Positions 62,172 through 64,000 of a stretch of DNA of 64,000 nucleotides are shown here, piece after piece. Position 1 is the stretch's first letter. Each line of letters starts with the position of its first letter. This DNA comes from a bacterium (GTDB taxonomy: Bacteria > Hinthialibacterota > Hinthialibacteria > Hinthialibacterales > Hinthialibacteraceae). The stretch lies in NCBI GenBank assembly GCA_963663405.2, contig CAXXSM010000144.1:22082-86081 (forward strand). Direction: 5' to 3'. The notes under the pieces are model-generated. The model saw only the letters and a program-made list of their open reading frames with translations, made no database searches and was not told the DNA's origin. Made by a program: the position numbers and the translations under genes.

Positions 62172-63614
62172 ATGCGTGTTTTGTTGTTGAATCCACCGGG
62201 CGATAAGCCTTATTTGCGCGACTATTATTGCAGCCATTCGGCCAAGGCGAAGTATTATTGGCATCCCTATGATCTTGTCGTACAAAGCGGGATTCTGTCA
62301 CGGCGACATGAGGTCGGTTTTCTCGACGCGAATTTGCTTGGATTATCCTTCACCGCCGCCGCTCAGCGTGTGCGCTCGTTTGAACCGGAGGCGTTGGTTT
62401 TTCTAACGGGTGGAGTCTGTTGGAAGAACGATTTTGCTTTTTTAGATAGTCTGGAGATACCAGAAAATGCGCCGGTTATCGGTACGGGAGATGTTCTCGT
62501 CAGCAAAGGGCGGGAATTGATGGGGAAATACCCGTGGCTCTCCGCCATTTTGACGGATTTCACTTCCGATAGTATCGACAAGTTTCTCCTTCATTGGAAA
62601 CCGGGTGAAGGAGCGATCGAACTGGAAGGCCCAATACCCAATTTGCTATATCGAGTTGGCGAATCCCTGCAGAAAGGCGTTGATCCAGGGAACCGGTATT
62701 ATTCGTTTCCCATTCCCCGCTATGATTTGCTGCCTCTCCGGAAATACCGGATTCCTCACGGCAAGCGCCGTGTTTTCGCGTCGTTTCTGACCGATTTTGG
62801 TTGTCCCTATTCCTGCCATTTCTGTTTCAATGGCAAATGGCCGCACAAACTGCGCGATCTGGATAACGCTATGCAGGAATTGCGGTATATTCGTAAAATT
62901 GGAATCCGGGAACTTTGGATTAAGGACCTGACGTTTGGAGTCAACCGTCCTCACACGAACGAGTTTCTCGACCGGCTAATGGAAGAAGATTTGGGATTGG
63001 AATGGATCACATTATCACGGGTGGACGTGATGGACGAAACGCTGCTCGAACGCATGGCCCGCGCGGGATGTCACACCATCCAATTCGGCGTGGAATCCTC
63101 GGACCAAAAGATCCTTGACTCGATTGAAAAACGGATTGAACCGCGCCGGGTGAAAGATGTCTTCCAGATTTGCCGGAAAGTGGGGATTCGAACGCTCGCT
63201 CATTTTATCATTGGTTTGCCGGGTGAGACGGAGCAAACCGCTTTGGATAGCATCGCGTTCGCCATTGAATTAGATCCTGATTTTGTTTCGTTCAACGTCG
63301 CCGCTCCCCGAATGGGAACCGATCTGCGGGAAGAGGCTATCCGAAAGGGTTGGACGCCCAAAGACGCGGACTCGATTGATAATTCAGACGCGTTTCCACA
63401 GATGGAACTTGAGTCGCTGACGGGTGAAGATGTGCGGTGGCTGCGAAACAAAGCGATTCGCGATTTTCATCTGCGCCCCTCCTATCTATGGCGGAAAGCG
63501 ATCGGCTGGCGCAGCCCCTATCAGCTGTGGCGGGATATACAGAACGGAATCTCTCTTCTTGGTTCAACCTTTCATAAACGTGATTCCTCTAAATTCGCCG
63601 ATGGTGATATGTAA
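62172..63614 (+). CDS. B12-binding-domain radical SAM protein
   Basis: GCPYSCHFC (CxxxCxxC), FGVES, FIIGLPGET. Confidence 0.88.
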   Translation: MRVLLLNPPGDKPYLRDYYCSHSAKAKYYWHPYDLVVQSGILSRRHEVGFLDANLLGLSFTAAAQRVRSFEPEALVFLTGGVCWKNDFAFLDSLEIPENAPVIGTGDVLVSKGRELMGKYPWLSAILTDFTSDSIDKFLLHWKPGEGAIELEGPIPNLLYRVGESLQKGVDPGNRYYSFPIPRYDLLPLRKYRIPHGKRRVFASFLTDFGCPYSCHFCFNGKWPHKLRDLDNAMQELRYIRKIGIRELWIKDLTFGVNRPHTNEFLDRLMEEDLGLEWITLSRVDVMDETLLERMARAGCHTIQFGVESSDQKILDSIEKRIEPRRVKDVFQICRKVGIRTLAHFIIGLPGETEQTALDSIAFAIELDPDFVSFNVAAPRMGTDLREEAIRKGWTPKDADSIDNSDAFPQMELESLTGEDVRWLRNKAIRDFHLRPSYLWRKAIGWRSPYQLWRDIQNGISLLGSTFHKRDSSKFADGDM

Positions 63615-63763
63615 GATCAATCGGATTTCTTCTCCTTTTTATCTCTTTATCAAGTATTAAAAGTATGTTAGTTTATGGCGTGAATCGAGTGTCTGTTCCT
63701 CTATACAATTCGTTTATAGAGGGAAACGCGAGAGAATTCTATTATTGATAGGAGGATGTGATA

Positions 63764-64000
63764 ATGTTGAAACAGATTTTACTGAGTAGCATGATAACCG
63801 TATTGGCGGCGAGCGGCGTCTTTGCCCAGGTGGGTGATTTTGAGGCGCAGGTGGATATTGGTTTGGAAAACAATCCCTTAGCGCCCAGCCAATATTCGTA
63901 TGATGGCGGCACGTATACGATGGATGGTTTGGGAACCAGCATGGGATTGAATACCCTGCGGGATGAATGTAGTTTTGTCTACTCTCAGCTGTCGGGTAGT
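63764..64000 (+). CDS. Secreted protein (ConA-like beta-sandwich start); runs off the window
   Basis: GGAGGA RBS; MLKQILLSSMITVLAASGVFAQVGDFEAQVDIG...GTYTMDG...DECSFVY. Confidence 0.6.
   Translation, partial: MLKQILLSSMITVLAASGVFAQVGDFEAQVDIGLENNPLAPSQYSYDGGTYTMDGLGTSMGLNTLRDECSFVYSQLSGS

Overview
Bacterial chromosomal window rich in secreted and Pro/Thr-linker proteins; the style suggests a PVC-adjacent candidate phylum such as OLB16/Hinthialibacterota (inference only). Contents: a tandemly duplicated divergent arylsulfotransferase-like/LRR gene pair, a GT39-like glycosyltransferase, a giant FG-GAP + 4xLamG protein, mutS, a DEGRAM-type subtilase, an orphan TadG-like gene, a tyrosine-recombinase + IS91(Y2) element, a cNMP-domain/PhcB-like methyltransferase coupled to a TM-PAS-HD-GYP gene (candidate quorum-sensing-to-c-di-GMP circuit), DUF1800/DUF1501, a TIR-CHAT-NTPase-TPR NLR-like gene, a complete two-gene IS4-family element inserted into a REP-like hairpin, an SBP + sodium:solute symporter pair, a degenerate REC-GGDEF, an ECF/FecR locus, tandem CBM9-like paralogs, and several dispersed intergenic palindromic repeat families. 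Many genes are broken by single-base indels, mostly in homopolymers, which probably reflects consensus error. No CRISPR array, rRNA or tRNA was seen. Domain calls come from motif recognition by eye, not from database searches.
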